Positions 16,815 to 26,022 of a stretch of DNA of 64,000 nucleotides are shown piece after piece. Source of the DNA: Pseudomonadota bacterium (GTDB taxonomy: Bacteria > Pseudomonadota > Gammaproteobacteria > Burkholderiales > Burkholderiaceae_C); the NCBI GenBank assembly GCA_040385325.1, contig JAZKHN010000089.1, positions 2,169 through 66,168 on the forward strand. The letters run 5' to 3'. The notes under the pieces are model-generated. The model worked only from the letters and a program-made list of their open reading frames with translations. It was not told the origin of the DNA and did not search any database. Each line of letters starts with the position of its first letter. Within the stretch, counting starts at the first letter, position 1. Made by a program: the position numbers and the translations under genes.

Positions 16815-17701
16815 GCGGCACCGCCTTCCACCGCAACACCAGCAGCTCGGGCAGCTTCCTGCGCAGTACGCAGTTGCTTGTTGTAATCTTCGGCGTACCG
16901 GGTGGCCTGAGCCAGTCGATCAACCGCATTGGCGCGGACCCGGGCACTGACCTTCGCGGCGATATCTTCGGGCACGGCAACGCCGAGTTCACCAGCGAGC
17001 TTCACGGCGTCTTGCCCGTGGTAGTCGCTCAAAGCGCCGCTGCGAAGCCGAGGGAATGTCAGACCAACCAGTAGTGCAGCCGCACGGTCTCTGGCTTCTT
17101 CAAGCGACAGACAAGGAATGACCTCAGTCATTGACCCGCCAGAGCCATCGCCGTAGGTACAGACCTTCCAGCGCAGATCGCCTTTGTCGGAATCACCGAA
17201 CAGGCCCAGCAGGCGGATTTCTTTCCTGCCTCGGTCGCTGCCGCGCACCAGCGCTTCGTCAGCCGTCTCAATAATCGGGACGTTCTCAGACCTCACAAAG
17301 TGTGTGATTTCTCCAGTCAGGAAGGCGTCAATGTTGCGCAGCCCTTCGTTCTCTTTCAGGCGATCACGAATGGCACGCTGGTCACGGGCAAATTCAGCAC
17401 GCTCTTTGCGCATGAGTTCAAGTTGCGCGTACGCTTCGGCCACTTGAGAATTGACGCGCACCAGCTCGGCAGTCGCCTCCTCAACATCCTTGTCGACCAC
17501 TGGGATAGGTGCTTTGGCAAACACTTCATGCCAAAACGCTGGCTCTCCGGGCCATGGTGCGGATGCGAACTCGTCGTCATCCTCGCGGTACATCGGCATG
17601 ACGATGTGACCTTCTTCGCGAAACGCTACATATTCTGCTTGGCGGCCGTCTTCGCTGAAAACCGTATCGCCGGGGTTTGGTGTGAATTCAACGGCGCTCA
17701 T
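16811..17701 (-). CDS. Hypothetical phage protein with coiled coil
   Basis: 296 aa, ATGA-coupled. Confidence 0.75.
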   Translation of the reverse strand: MSAVEFTPNPGDTVFSEDGRQAEYVAFREEGHIVMPMYREDDDEFASAPWPGEPAFWHEVFAKAPIPVVDKDVEEATAELVRVNSQVAEAYAQLELMRKERAEFARDQRAIRDRLKENEGLRNIDAFLTGEITHFVRSENVPIIETADEALVRGSDRGRKEIRLLGLFGDSDKGDLRWKVCTYGDGSGGSMTEVIPCLSLEEARDRAAALLVGLTFPRLRSGALSDYHGQDAVKLAGELGVAVPEDIAAKVSARVRANAVDRLAQATRYAEDYNKQLRTAQEAARAAGVAVEGGAA

Positions 17702-17991
17702 GCTGCAGGCACTTCCACAGCTTCCGCAGGCAGCTGGCCCACCATCACTGCAAACTTCAACATGGTGTCCTGCGCCTGGCCAAACGCCTTTGAAGCGTCC
17801 GCTACCTGCTTGCAGGCTCGCTGGATGTCATTGCGGAAGTCGTAACCGGCGCCGAGATCCATCTCTTGGCCCACCTTGAGCAACGGCAACTCCTTGGGAC
17901 CGTAGTACCTCTCGGAAAGCTTGGAGAGTTCTGCGTGCGTGACGGTGACGATGTACTCGCCATGGCTTGCGCCCATGCCTATGACTTTCAT
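17698..17991 (-). CDS. Hypothetical phage protein
   Basis: 97 aa, coupled. Confidence 0.7.
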   Translation of the reverse strand: MKVIGMGASHGEYIVTVTHAELSKLSERYYGPKELPLLKVGQEMDLGAGYDFRNDIQRACKQVADASKAFGQAQDTMLKFAVMVGQLPAEAVEVPAA

Positions 17992-18332
17992 TGGTGATCT
18001 CCAACTTCAAGGGGTGATTCGTCCAGGACAGGGAAAGCCTCGGTTGACGGCGCAGCTGCAGGCGCTTTCATGCCCCACTCGGCCATCAGGGCAGCGGTGT
18101 CGTCTTTGCGGGAGTCGACGTTCAGGGACTCAGACCGGCCGCCGCAGATGGGCATGCCGTCAAAGTCCCAGTCGACGAAGCCCGCTGAGATGACATTCCC
18201 GAAAGGCGCATCCTTGCTGCGCAGAATGGAGGTGCTGACTTCCTTGTGAGTCAGGCCGGGATAGCGTGCTGGCCAGACGATGAAGCCCACGGTGCTGTGG
18301 CGCACGTATTTGAGTTGGGTGCCGCCGTTCAT
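17988..18332 (-). CDS. Hypothetical phage protein
   Basis: 114 aa with LKYV...ISAGF...CGGRSESLNVDSR, a recurrent phage motif. Confidence 0.7.
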   Translation of the reverse strand: MNGGTQLKYVRHSTVGFIVWPARYPGLTHKEVSTSILRSKDAPFGNVISAGFVDWDFDGMPICGGRSESLNVDSRKDDTAALMAEWGMKAPAAAPSTEAFPVLDESPLEVGDHQ

Positions 18333-18679
18333 GCCGTGCCACCGTTCAGGACGTATGCTGGCTCGGCTTGCAAAGCGCGGATACCAGCACCCCAGGTCTT
18401 GCTGACTTCTTTGCGCCCGTGTTCATGCTTGACACGCTCGAAAACGCTGGCGATGTCGCCGCGCTGCATGGGCCAGACCCGCGCCGGGCTCATTCCATAC
18501 TTGAGCGCGCGAGCTGCGCCGTCGGGACCGTTACGCACCTGGTCGCTGCACGTGTAGGTAATCATGTGCGTCTGGGTCAACGCAGCGAGTTGGCAGGTAT
18601 GGCCGTTGTTCGCGCGGCGCATCTTTGAGGCCGCCACGACCAGCTGCAGGTCTTTTGCGCGGATGGTTGCCGTGATCAC
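18329..18679 (-). CDS. Hypothetical phage protein
   Basis: 116 aa, coupled. Confidence 0.65.
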   Translation of the reverse strand: MITATIRAKDLQLVVAASKMRRANNGHTCQLAALTQTHMITYTCSDQVRNGPDGAARALKYGMSPARVWPMQRGDIASVFERVKHEHGRKEVSKTWGAGIRALQAEPAYVLNGGTA

Positions 18680-18933
18680 AATGCAGCCTTCACGCCCTGC
18701 ACATAGTCAATGGCAGTCTGGACGCTCGTGATCTTGTCGGCATCAACTTCCTCAATCACGATTTCGAATTCGTCTTCCAAGGCCATGACGATCTCGATCT
18801 GGTCCAGGCTGTCGCTGTCCAGCTGCTGAAACGTCTTGTCGACCGTGACCTCGGCCACTTCCTTACACAGCTGCTCGGCAATCAATTTGGTGACGCGCGC
18901 GGGAAGGTCTCCCGAAAGCTTTGGGTGGCTCAT
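18676..18933 (-). CDS. acpP: Acyl carrier protein
   Basis: [10 protein letters not shown]...[23 protein letters not shown]...[14 protein letters not shown]; DSL phosphopantetheine serine intact. Confidence 0.92.
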   Translation of the reverse strand: MSHPKLSGDLPARVTKLIAEQLCKEVAEVTVDKTFQQLDSDSLDQIEIVMALEDEFEIVIEEVDADKITSVQTAIDYVQGVKAAL

Positions 18934-19253
18934 AGATAGTTCCTGTTGGAGAAAGTGATTTGCAGGCGCAGGGCGCGCTGGTCTGGGGATTCGTCGGGCC
19001 TCATGTCGAGGCGGTGATCGGGGAACTGTTGGCCGTGTTCGCGGGCAGCGGCTTTGCGTGCCTGGGACCAGGCAACGAGCTCGGCGTGTGTGGGAAGGGG
19101 AGTGGAGTGGCCTGCGCAGGGGGCAGATTCGGTGCGCCAGTTCTGAGGCTCAGTGACCAATTGGAACTCTGGGCCTTGGAAACCTGCGGCGAGCGCAAAG
19201 TCCTGCTTGGTCAGTCTGGCGACTGCCTGTAGCTCTTCCAGTGGGTTGTCCAT
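18930..19253 (-). CDS. First gene of the leftward early operon, hypothetical
   Basis: 107 aa with GGAG RBS directly after the predicted pL. Confidence 0.65.
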   Translation of the reverse strand: MDNPLEELQAVARLTKQDFALAAGFQGPEFQLVTEPQNWRTESAPCAGHSTPLPTHAELVAWSQARKAAAREHGQQFPDHRLDMRPDESPDQRALRLQITFSNRNYL

Positions 19254-19295
19254 CTGCTTTCTCCATCAGCCCGGGGATTCGGGCTTCTGGTTGAA

Positions 19296-19336
19296 ATTAT
19301 CCGTAAATGGATAGATATGTCAATCCATAAATGGAT
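19296..19336 (-). promoter_or_regulatory. pL-like promoter with two repressor operators
   Basis: Minus strand TTGACA-N16-GATAAT, overlapped by palindromes ATCCGTAAATGGAT (19299-19312) and ATCCATAAATGGAT (19323-19336). Confidence 0.8.
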
Positions 19337-19474
19337 GGTTGCGCAAAAATATTTTGTAAGTGGAAACCCGCAAGAGGCAGCGCAGATGGAAAACTTTTCC
19401 ACTGGAAAGTGGTCTTTGGTATTCGTTATTAAGGGTTTTTGGCTAAATACCCCATAGGTAGCTATACCTATCGC

Positions 19475-19532
19475 GCAATTGAGGCTTGCCCAAAAGAAGC
19501 ACTGCAAAATGGTCGATGCAATTGAGGCTTGC
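19475..19532. repeat. Perfect 15-bp direct repeat GCAATTGAGGCTTGC x2 (putative operator pair)
   Basis: Copies at 19475-19489 and 19518-19532 upstream of an XRE gene; GCAA-N7-TTGC symmetry. Confidence 0.65.
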
Positions 19533-19564
19533 GGTCAGAGAACAGTAAAACCGAGCGGAGAGTC

Positions 19565-19891
19565 ATGCCACACCGTGCAAAACAAATCGCCATGGGGGAG
19601 CGCTTGCGCTCGCTCCGTATCGAGATGGGGTTGTCTCAGGACACCGTAGCCGAGCAGGTCAGGCGCACGCGCCAGGCTGTGGCTCAATGGGAGTTGGGGA
19701 GGGTGGCGATCAGCGCCATGCAGATCGGGCAGCTGGCGGCCATTTATGGTTCGTCAACCGATTTCCTGATCTATGGCGTGAAGACCGTACCGGTCAATGA
19801 CGAATCACTTTGCAGCAGGTGCCCGAACGGAGGTGGCTACATCAGCCGCGTGCTTCGCGGACCGCTTGTGGAAGAGCGTCCGGCTAACTGA
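19565..19891 (+). CDS. XRE-family HTH transcriptional regulator
   Basis: MGERLRSLRIEMGLSQDTVAEQVRRTRQAVAQWELG...LAAIYGSSTDFLIYG. Confidence 0.88.
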   Translation: MPHRAKQIAMGERLRSLRIEMGLSQDTVAEQVRRTRQAVAQWELGRVAISAMQIGQLAAIYGSSTDFLIYGVKTVPVNDESLCSRCPNGGGYISRVLRGPLVEERPAN

Positions 19892-20243
19892 CGGAATACC
19901 GCAGAAAGATGATCTGGAAGCCAGTAGGCGCGTGAGCTGACACTTCTTTGATCACCGAGCCGGCACCAACCGTCTTTCGCAGTTCGCTTTCGGCGGCCTG
20001 CCTGAACCTGGCCTGGGTGGCCAGCGGCTCATTAAGTCCAGTAAAGGCGATGGCTCGATCATCGCCGACCTCCACGTCAAAGATTCCCGGCGCGTTCTCT
20101 ACTTTAAGGACCTTCACATAGATCGGGTAGCCCTCGACCGTGGTAGTCGCCTTCGGGACGGAGAGGAAGCGCATATCCGTACCGCCGACAGCGCAGCCTG
20201 AAAGCATAGCCGTGAGCACCAGGAGGACAGGCAAGTTTCGCAT
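19884..20243 (-). CDS. Lipoprotein (possible superinfection exclusion)
   Basis: Lipobox MRNLPVLLVLTAMLSGC; directly downstream of the repressor gene. Confidence 0.75.
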   Translation of the reverse strand: MRNLPVLLVLTAMLSGCAVGGTDMRFLSVPKATTTVEGYPIYVKVLKVENAPGIFDVEVGDDRAIAFTGLNEPLATQARFRQAAESELRKTVGAGSVIKEVSAHAPTGFQIIFLRYSVS

Positions 20244-20252
20244 GGTTGAACT

Positions 20253-20669
20253 TTAAGTTGGTTCCTGATCGATTTGCAAGATTTCTTTTGCCGCTGTTCT
20301 GAAGCGCTTATAGAGCTCCTGCTCCTTTTTGCCTGCAATGCCCAGTACAGGCGCATTTGCCGGGTCCAGGCCGGGCACCAACAGTTGCCACACCTCAAGG
20401 TCAAAGGCTTTTGCCAAGGCTTCCATGGTGATCAACGTCAGGTTTTGGCCGTTTCGCGCTCGTGAAATTGCACCAGTGCCTATCTTGGTCTTCTTATCCA
20501 GTTTGAGATTGCTCGACAAGTCTGGGTAAGCCTTCATCAGCGTATTTAGATTCGCGCTCACCACCGCAGCCGATGCGCACACCGGCTCGATATCAACGGG
20601 TTTTTTCGCCTTCGTAACCATGTGCGAAGTTTGGGGGAAAACCCTATCCATAACGGGATAGCTAAGCAC
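20253..20669 (-). CDS. CI-like repressor (XRE-type HTH, no peptidase domain); start uncertain, possibly 20621
   Basis: ANLNTLM...IGTGAISRARNGQNLTLITMEALAKAFDLEVWQLL; divergent from the cro-like gene across operators. Confidence 0.75.
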   Translation of the reverse strand: MLSYPVMDRVFPQTSHMVTKAKKPVDIEPVCASAAVVSANLNTLMKAYPDLSSNLKLDKKTKIGTGAISRARNGQNLTLITMEALAKAFDLEVWQLLVPGLDPANAPVLGIAGKKEQELYKRFRTAAKEILQIDQEPT

Positions 20670-20712
20670 GTTGACCTAAATCCATAAATGGATAGATAAT
20701 CCAGAAATGGAT
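20646..20712 (+). promoter_or_regulatory. pR-like promoter with three operators
   Basis: TTGACC (20671)-N18-GATAAT (20695-20700); operators ATCCATAACGGGAT (20646), ATCCATAAATGGAT (20680), ATCCAGAAATGGAT (20699). Confidence 0.8.
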
Positions 20713-20934
20713 AAACAAATCGACATCGAAGCACTCCGGACCTACCTCAAGGGCATGACCCGCGGGCAAGCGAGAACCCTCGCTGTAAACGCGTCGTTGA
20801 GCCCGGCCACGGTGGAGAAGTTCCGGCTTAACCACATCACTGAGCCGCGCCAATCCAAGCTGGTTGCGCTGAATAAAGCCATCGCTGCGCACCGTAAGGC
20901 AAACCCTCCGGTTAAGCCGCCTGTGCCCGCCTGA
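20707..20934 (+). CDS. Cro-like HTH regulator
   Basis: 75 aa with LAVNASLSPATVEKFRLNHITEP; first rightward gene. Confidence 0.75.
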   Translation: MDKQIDIEALRTYLKGMTRGQARTLAVNASLSPATVEKFRLNHITEPRQSKLVALNKAIAAHRKANPPVKPPVPA

Positions 20935-21048
20935 ACCACGCCTTGGCAGGGGTTTCCTGCTATCGAAAGTGAAGTGTTTGTTTGCCATAGCCCCAACTGT
21001 CCCAGACCCCGAACCCCGCGAAAACATCCAAAAAAAGGAAATCCGGAT

Positions 21049-21528
21049 ATGAACACCCTTGACGCCCTCAAGCTGATGGTCAGCAACTTCCCAGGGGGCA
21101 TTGAAGTCGTCGCAACCCGTCTCGACAAGAACGCCGAAACCCTGCGCAAGGAACTCTCTGGCAAGGACGCCAAATTCAAACTCGGAGACGGCACTGCACA
21201 GCGCATTTCAAGCCTGTGCATCGAAGAGAACTCCGAAGAGTGCTACGCCTATGTCAATGCCATCTGCGGCCCCATTGGCAAATTCGAGCCGGCCACGGCT
21301 GCCGCCCGGTCCAGCGTGGGGCTGATGGGCTGCACGGTCGGCCTCGTGTCGGCGGCGTCACAGGTGCTTGCCGATGTGGCTGCTGCCCGTGCTGACGGCG
21401 TGATCAGTGATAACGAGCGCAAAACGATTGAGCGCGATGTCAGCTTGGCCATCCGGGAACTGCAGGCGGTGCTGGCAGAAGTCAGGCGCGAGAACGAAGC
21501 TGCACATCCAGCCCTGAAGGCCGTCTGA
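21049..21528 (+). CDS. Phage regulatory CII-family protein
   Basis: MNTLDALKLMVSNFPGGIEVVATRLDKNAETLRKEL...ADGVISDNERKTI; AAGGA RBS. Confidence 0.8.
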   Translation: MNTLDALKLMVSNFPGGIEVVATRLDKNAETLRKELSGKDAKFKLGDGTAQRISSLCIEENSEECYAYVNAICGPIGKFEPATAAARSSVGLMGCTVGLVSAASQVLADVAAARADGVISDNERKTIERDVSLAIRELQAVLAEVRRENEAAHPALKAV

Positions 21529-21749
21529 TGGCTCGCCGCAGCAAGGGAGTGTTCGCCTGGCAGGGCGCGTCTAGCGTCTTCGTCAGCGACAGCAAGTTCA
21601 GCCCCAATAACCCCGCCGAGCGGTCACGTGCCTCTCTTGATGCTGGCTCAGTGATCGGCAGCAAGAGCAGGGCACCGACATCTTCGATCAACACCGAAAC
21701 CGTCTCCCAGCGAGACAAGCTGCACCGTCTACAGAGGACGCAGATATGA
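21528..21749 (+). CDS. Hypothetical protein
   Basis: 73 aa, coupled at both ends. Confidence 0.55.
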   Translation: MARRSKGVFAWQGASSVFVSDSKFSPNNPAERSRASLDAGSVIGSKSRAPTSSINTETVSQRDKLHRLQRTQI

Positions 21750-23122
21750 CGCATGTAGACGCTTATGAGACGTTCCTGCGGGAAAAGTCGCACCTTGATT
21801 CGCGGGACGGGTTCGCTCCGATCTGGATGCCTGACAGCTTGTTTGACTTTCAGGCTTCGATGGTGGAGTGGGCGCTGCTGCAGGGGCGTGGAGCGTTGTT
21901 TGAGGACTGCGGCTTGGGCAAGACGCTGCAGGAGTTGGTTTGGGCTGAAAACGTGGTGCGCAAAACGAATGGCCGCGTGCTTCTCAAGACGCCCATGGCC
22001 GTCTCAAAGCAGGTCGCGCGAGAGGCGGAAAAGTTCGGCATTGAGGTTCATGTTTCCCGAGACGGCAAGCTGAAGCCAGGCATCAACGTCACCAATTACG
22101 AGCGGCTGCACCTTTTCAACCCGAATGACTTTGCTGGCGCAGTGTGCGACGAATCCAGCATTCTGAAGTCATACAGCGGAGCCCGCCGGGGCGAAATCAC
22201 AGAGTTCATGCGCAGGATGCGGTACCGCCTGCTGGGCACCGCAACCGCAGCACCAAACGATTACACCGAACTCGGCACGTCTTCAGAGGCGCTGGGTCAT
22301 CTTGGTCACATCGACATGCTGAACAGGTTTTTCAAGAACGACCTGAACAACAGCAGCACCGGGCGCGGGTTCATGGGTTCGGAAAACAAGTGGCGCTTCA
22401 AAGGCCACGCTGAGGAGCAATTCTGGCGGTGGGTGTGCTCGTGGGCCAGGGCCATCCGCCGGCCGTCCGACCTCGGGTTTGATGATGCAGCTTTCCGGCT
22501 GCCACCTCTGCACGAGGCAGAACACCTGGTCAGCGCCAACACGTTGGGCGACGGCATGCTGTTTGCCATGCCTGCAGTCGGTCTGCAAGAGCAGCGCGAC
22601 GAGCGCAAACGCACGATTACCGAGCGCTGCGAGAAGGTGGCCGAGCTGGTCGCGGCCCGCGATGTGTCCGTTTCGTGGTGCCACTTGAACGAAGAGGGTG
22701 ATCTGCTCCAAACGCTGATCGGTGGTGCCGCCCAGATCAAGGGCACGCAGGGCGAAGAAGAGCGCGAAGAAATTTACGAAGGGTTCCGCCTTGGCCACAT
22801 CAATAAGCTGGTCATCAAGGACTCCATTGGCGGGTTTGGCCTGAACTGGCAGCACTGCGCTCACACCACGCTGTTCCCATCCCATTCATATGAGCGCTAT
22901 TACCAGTGCGTTCGCCGCTTCTACCGCTTTGGCCAACAGCGACAGGTGGACGTGGATGTGGTTGCCACGGAAGGCGATCTGGGCGTGCTCAAAAACATGC
23001 AGCGCAAGGCTGCGCGTGCCGACGCCATGTTCAGCGCACTGGTGTCGCACATGAATGCCGCTATGGCTATCGGCCGGGCTCAGGCATCCACCACTAAACA
23101 GGAGCTTCCAGCATGGCTGTGA
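21746..23122 (+). CDS. SF2 (SNF2/DEAD-like) helicase
   Basis: DCGLGKT, VCDESSILK, GTATAAPND, GFGLNWQ, QCVRRFYRFGQ. Confidence 0.88.
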   Translation: MTHVDAYETFLREKSHLDSRDGFAPIWMPDSLFDFQASMVEWALLQGRGALFEDCGLGKTLQELVWAENVVRKTNGRVLLKTPMAVSKQVAREAEKFGIEVHVSRDGKLKPGINVTNYERLHLFNPNDFAGAVCDESSILKSYSGARRGEITEFMRRMRYRLLGTATAAPNDYTELGTSSEALGHLGHIDMLNRFFKNDLNNSSTGRGFMGSENKWRFKGHAEEQFWRWVCSWARAIRRPSDLGFDDAAFRLPPLHEAEHLVSANTLGDGMLFAMPAVGLQEQRDERKRTITERCEKVAELVAARDVSVSWCHLNEEGDLLQTLIGGAAQIKGTQGEEEREEIYEGFRLGHINKLVIKDSIGGFGLNWQHCAHTTLFPSHSYERYYQCVRRFYRFGQQRQVDVDVVATEGDLGVLKNMQRKAARADAMFSALVSHMNAAMAIGRAQASTTKQELPAWL

Positions 23123-24096
23123 ACAACCAGTTGATCACCCACAAGTTTGCCATCTACAACGGTGACTGCATTGAGGGTATGAAGGGCCTGCCGGACGGCA
23201 AAGTCCACCTTTCTGTCTATTCGCCACCCTTTGCCGGCATGTACCACTACAGCAGCAACGAGCGCGACCTGTCGAACTGCAAGAGCTACGACGAGTTCAT
23301 GGAGCACTACACCTTTGTCGTGCGCGAGACGGCCAGGGTAACGATGCCAGGCCGTATCACCGCCGTGCATTGCATGGACGTGCCGATCAGCAACAGCGGG
23401 ACCGACCACCTGCGAGACTTCCCTGGAGACATCATCCGCCTACACGAGCGGGAGGGATGGAGGTACACCGGGCGCCGCATGATCTGGAAGGAGCCGCTGG
23501 CCGTTCGTCTGCGCACCATGCAGAAAAATCTTGCCCATGCCTCCCTGTGCGCCGATTCCATCGACTGCGGCGTGGCCTCTGGCGACGTGCTGCTGACATT
23601 CAGGCGCAATGGTGCCAACCCGGTACCAGTGGCGCATCCCGTTGGTTTGCTCGAGTACGCTGGCGAGCGGACACCGCCAGCCGACGTGATGCAGTACCGC
23701 GGCTGGACCGGAAAGCAGACCGAGAACCGCTTTTCGCACTGGATCTGGCGCCAGTACGCCGATTGCATGTGGGACGACATCCGCCTCAACCGCGTTCTGC
23801 CGTACCGGGAGGCCAGGGACAGCGAGGACGAAAAGCACGTCCATCCCTTGCAGCTCGACGTGATTGACCGCTGCGTCACCTTGTTCAGCAACCCCGGCGA
23901 AACGGTGATGACTCAGTTCATGGGCGTGGGCAGCGAGGTCTACAGCCCAATCGTGCTGGGCCGCAAGGCAATTGGATGGGAACTCAAGCCCAGTTACTTT
24001 CGCCAGGCCGTGAAGAATTGCGAAGCTGCTGCAGCCGGCTACCGCTTTGACAAGCAGAACGAAGAGCTTGTGCTTGAAGGGAGCGGCCTCGAATGA
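23113..24096 (+). CDS. DNA N4-cytosine/N6-adenine methyltransferase (beta class)
   Basis: IYNGDCIE, YSPPF, KHVHPLQLDVIDRC, SNPGETVMTQFMGVGS. Confidence 0.9.
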   Translation: MAVNNQLITHKFAIYNGDCIEGMKGLPDGKVHLSVYSPPFAGMYHYSSNERDLSNCKSYDEFMEHYTFVVRETARVTMPGRITAVHCMDVPISNSGTDHLRDFPGDIIRLHEREGWRYTGRRMIWKEPLAVRLRTMQKNLAHASLCADSIDCGVASGDVLLTFRRNGANPVPVAHPVGLLEYAGERTPPADVMQYRGWTGKQTENRFSHWIWRQYADCMWDDIRLNRVLPYREARDSEDEKHVHPLQLDVIDRCVTLFSNPGETVMTQFMGVGSEVYSPIVLGRKAIGWELKPSYFRQAVKNCEAAAAGYRFDKQNEELVLEGSGLE

Positions 24097-24743
24097 CCGC
24101 CACCAAATCTACTTATGCAAGACCAAGTCGCGAGGTGCTGAATCGCATGTACACGACCTTGGAGCTTGGCTGCCCGGACATTGCCTGGCTGTATGAGCGC
24201 GACGCCAAGACCGTTCACTACTGGCTGCGCAAGGAAGGAATCCCCACACGGCCGCGAGGCGTGAATCCTGGACCCCAGTTCAAGCCCGGACAGCGCAACG
24301 GTTTTGCTGGACGTAAACATAGCCCCGAAAGCATCGCCAAGGTAAGAGCCTCGACCTTGGCTGATGGCCGGGTTCCATACCTGCGAGGCGGCAAGCACTG
24401 GCTGCACACAGTACCTCCCGATCACAACCCTAACTGGAAGGGTGGTGCCACACCTGAGCGTCAGGAGTTTTACCGCTCCGATGAATGGAAGCAGGCTGTC
24501 GTGGAAGTCTGGAGGCGCGCTGACGCCTGCTGTGAGCGCTGCAGCAAGGACTGGCGAGAGGTCAGGGTCACCGACCCTACTTTCCACGTCCATCACATCG
24601 TGTCTTTCGCTTTCCAGCCCTTGCGCGCTGCAGTTACTAACCTCGTGTTGCTCTGCATGCCATGTCACTACTTCGTACATAGCTCGGCGAATGTCCTTCG
24701 GGAGTTGCTCCAGGACGCGCCTCAACTGGAGGTAACCGCATGA
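24093..24743 (+). CDS. HNH endonuclease with NUMOD3-like motif
   Basis: FAGRKHSPESIAKV, NPNWKGG, CERC, HVHHI...NLVLLCMPCH. Confidence 0.88.
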   Translation: MTATKSTYARPSREVLNRMYTTLELGCPDIAWLYERDAKTVHYWLRKEGIPTRPRGVNPGPQFKPGQRNGFAGRKHSPESIAKVRASTLADGRVPYLRGGKHWLHTVPPDHNPNWKGGATPERQEFYRSDEWKQAVVEVWRRADACCERCSKDWREVRVTDPTFHVHHIVSFAFQPLRAAVTNLVLLCMPCHYFVHSSANVLRELLQDAPQLEVTA

Positions 24744-25087
24744 TGGCCAGCACTGCCCCCAATCTCGTACAGCACGCCCAGACCGCGCTGCGGTTGTTTC
24801 CCTGCCCTGTGATGGGTGACAGGGAACGCGAACAACACATCAAATCCTGTGGTGACAAGTTCCTGATTGCCTATGAGCAGTACACCGACACCAAGGATCC
24901 TGCCTACCGTGAGGAAGCCCTGAAATGGCTGAACCTGCAGAACGACGCCATCAACGGCCGTTCCCAGGCAGCGCAGACGATGCGCCATGCCGCCTTTGAG
25001 CGTGCCCTGAACGAGGGTCCTGACTTCTTCCAGACCGAAGGTCAACTTGACGGTCGGGCGATTGCACTGAGGAATTGCCGCCGGTGA
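24740..25087 (+). CDS. Hypothetical protein
   Basis: 115 aa, coupled. Confidence 0.65.
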   Translation: MMASTAPNLVQHAQTALRLFPCPVMGDREREQHIKSCGDKFLIAYEQYTDTKDPAYREEALKWLNLQNDAINGRSQAAQTMRHAAFERALNEGPDFFQTEGQLDGRAIALRNCRR

Positions 25088-26022
25088 ACTATTACGAGCA
25101 CCACATCGGTGACTACGACACGGAAACCTCCCACTTGAACTGGGTGGAAGACCTTGCCTACCGTCGCCTGGTGTGCCTTTATTACCGCAAGGAAAAACCG
25201 ATTCCAGCCGACTTCGAGCAGGCCTGCAGGTTGGTGCGCGCCGCCAACCGTGAACAAAAACAGGCCGTCAAAGCCGTCCTTGATGAGTTTTTTATTCTTA
25301 AAGACGATGGACATCACCAGAAAACCTGTGACGAGGTCATTCAGAAATATCAGGCAGGTGAACCTGAACGTGAGGTCAAAAAGACCAACGAGAACCTCCG
25401 TATGACACGCCATCGTGAAGAGCGTGCTGCACTGTTCAAAAAGCTCCATGACGCTGGACAACACGCGCCTTGGAACATCGCCATAGCAGAGCTTAGAGAA
25501 CTGGCGAACAAGCTGCCGACCGCGCCTAAGGCACCTGCAACGGAAACGCTACCAGTTACGGAACCTGTTACGGCAACTGCAACGCCTGCCACGGCTACCC
25601 AGAAACCAGACACCAATACCCATAAACCAGATAAAGAAGAAGCCGGTGTCAAGCCACCGGCCCCATCACGGCAAGGTGTGAAGAAGACATTGGGCACCTA
25701 CCTCGAGGAATGCAGGCTGGCCAACACGAAGCCTTTACCGCCAGATCACTTCATTCGGGAGTACTGCCGAGACGCAAAGATCAGTGACGAAATGCTGCAG
25801 GTGGCTTGGGTGGTGTTCCGCGACGAACATGCAACCGGCACGAAGAAGACCAAAAAATACATAGATTGGCCTGCTGTCTTTGCCAACGCGGTGAAGGGAT
25901 GCTGGTCAAAGCTTTGGTACACGGACCCCGAAGGCAGTGTTTCCTGGACCAGCCGTGGACTACAAGAAAAAGGCGTGCTTGATGCGCGTCAGAAAAACAA
26001 AGACAAGGGGCCAAGCGCATGA
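25084..26022 (+). CDS. YdaU/DUF1376 family replication initiator
   Basis: NYYEHHIGDY...HLNWVEDLAYRRL..LYY..EKP...VLDEFF; precedes DnaB. Confidence 0.88.
   Translation: MNYYEHHIGDYDTETSHLNWVEDLAYRRLVCLYYRKEKPIPADFEQACRLVRAANREQKQAVKAVLDEFFILKDDGHHQKTCDEVIQKYQAGEPEREVKKTNENLRMTRHREERAALFKKLHDAGQHAPWNIAIAELRELANKLPTAPKAPATETLPVTEPVTATATPATATQKPDTNTHKPDKEEAGVKPPAPSRQGVKKTLGTYLEECRLANTKPLPPDHFIREYCRDAKISDEMLQVAWVVFRDEHATGTKKTKKYIDWPAVFANAVKGCWSKLWYTDPEGSVSWTSRGLQEKGVLDARQKNKDKGPSA
25534..25640. repeat. Iteron-like repeats (putative replication origin) inside the initiator gene
   Basis: Five imperfect copies CCTGCAACGG, CCAGTTACGG, CCTGTTACGG, ACTGCAACGC, CCTGCCACGG, followed by an ACCA-periodic A-rich tract. 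Confidence 0.5.
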
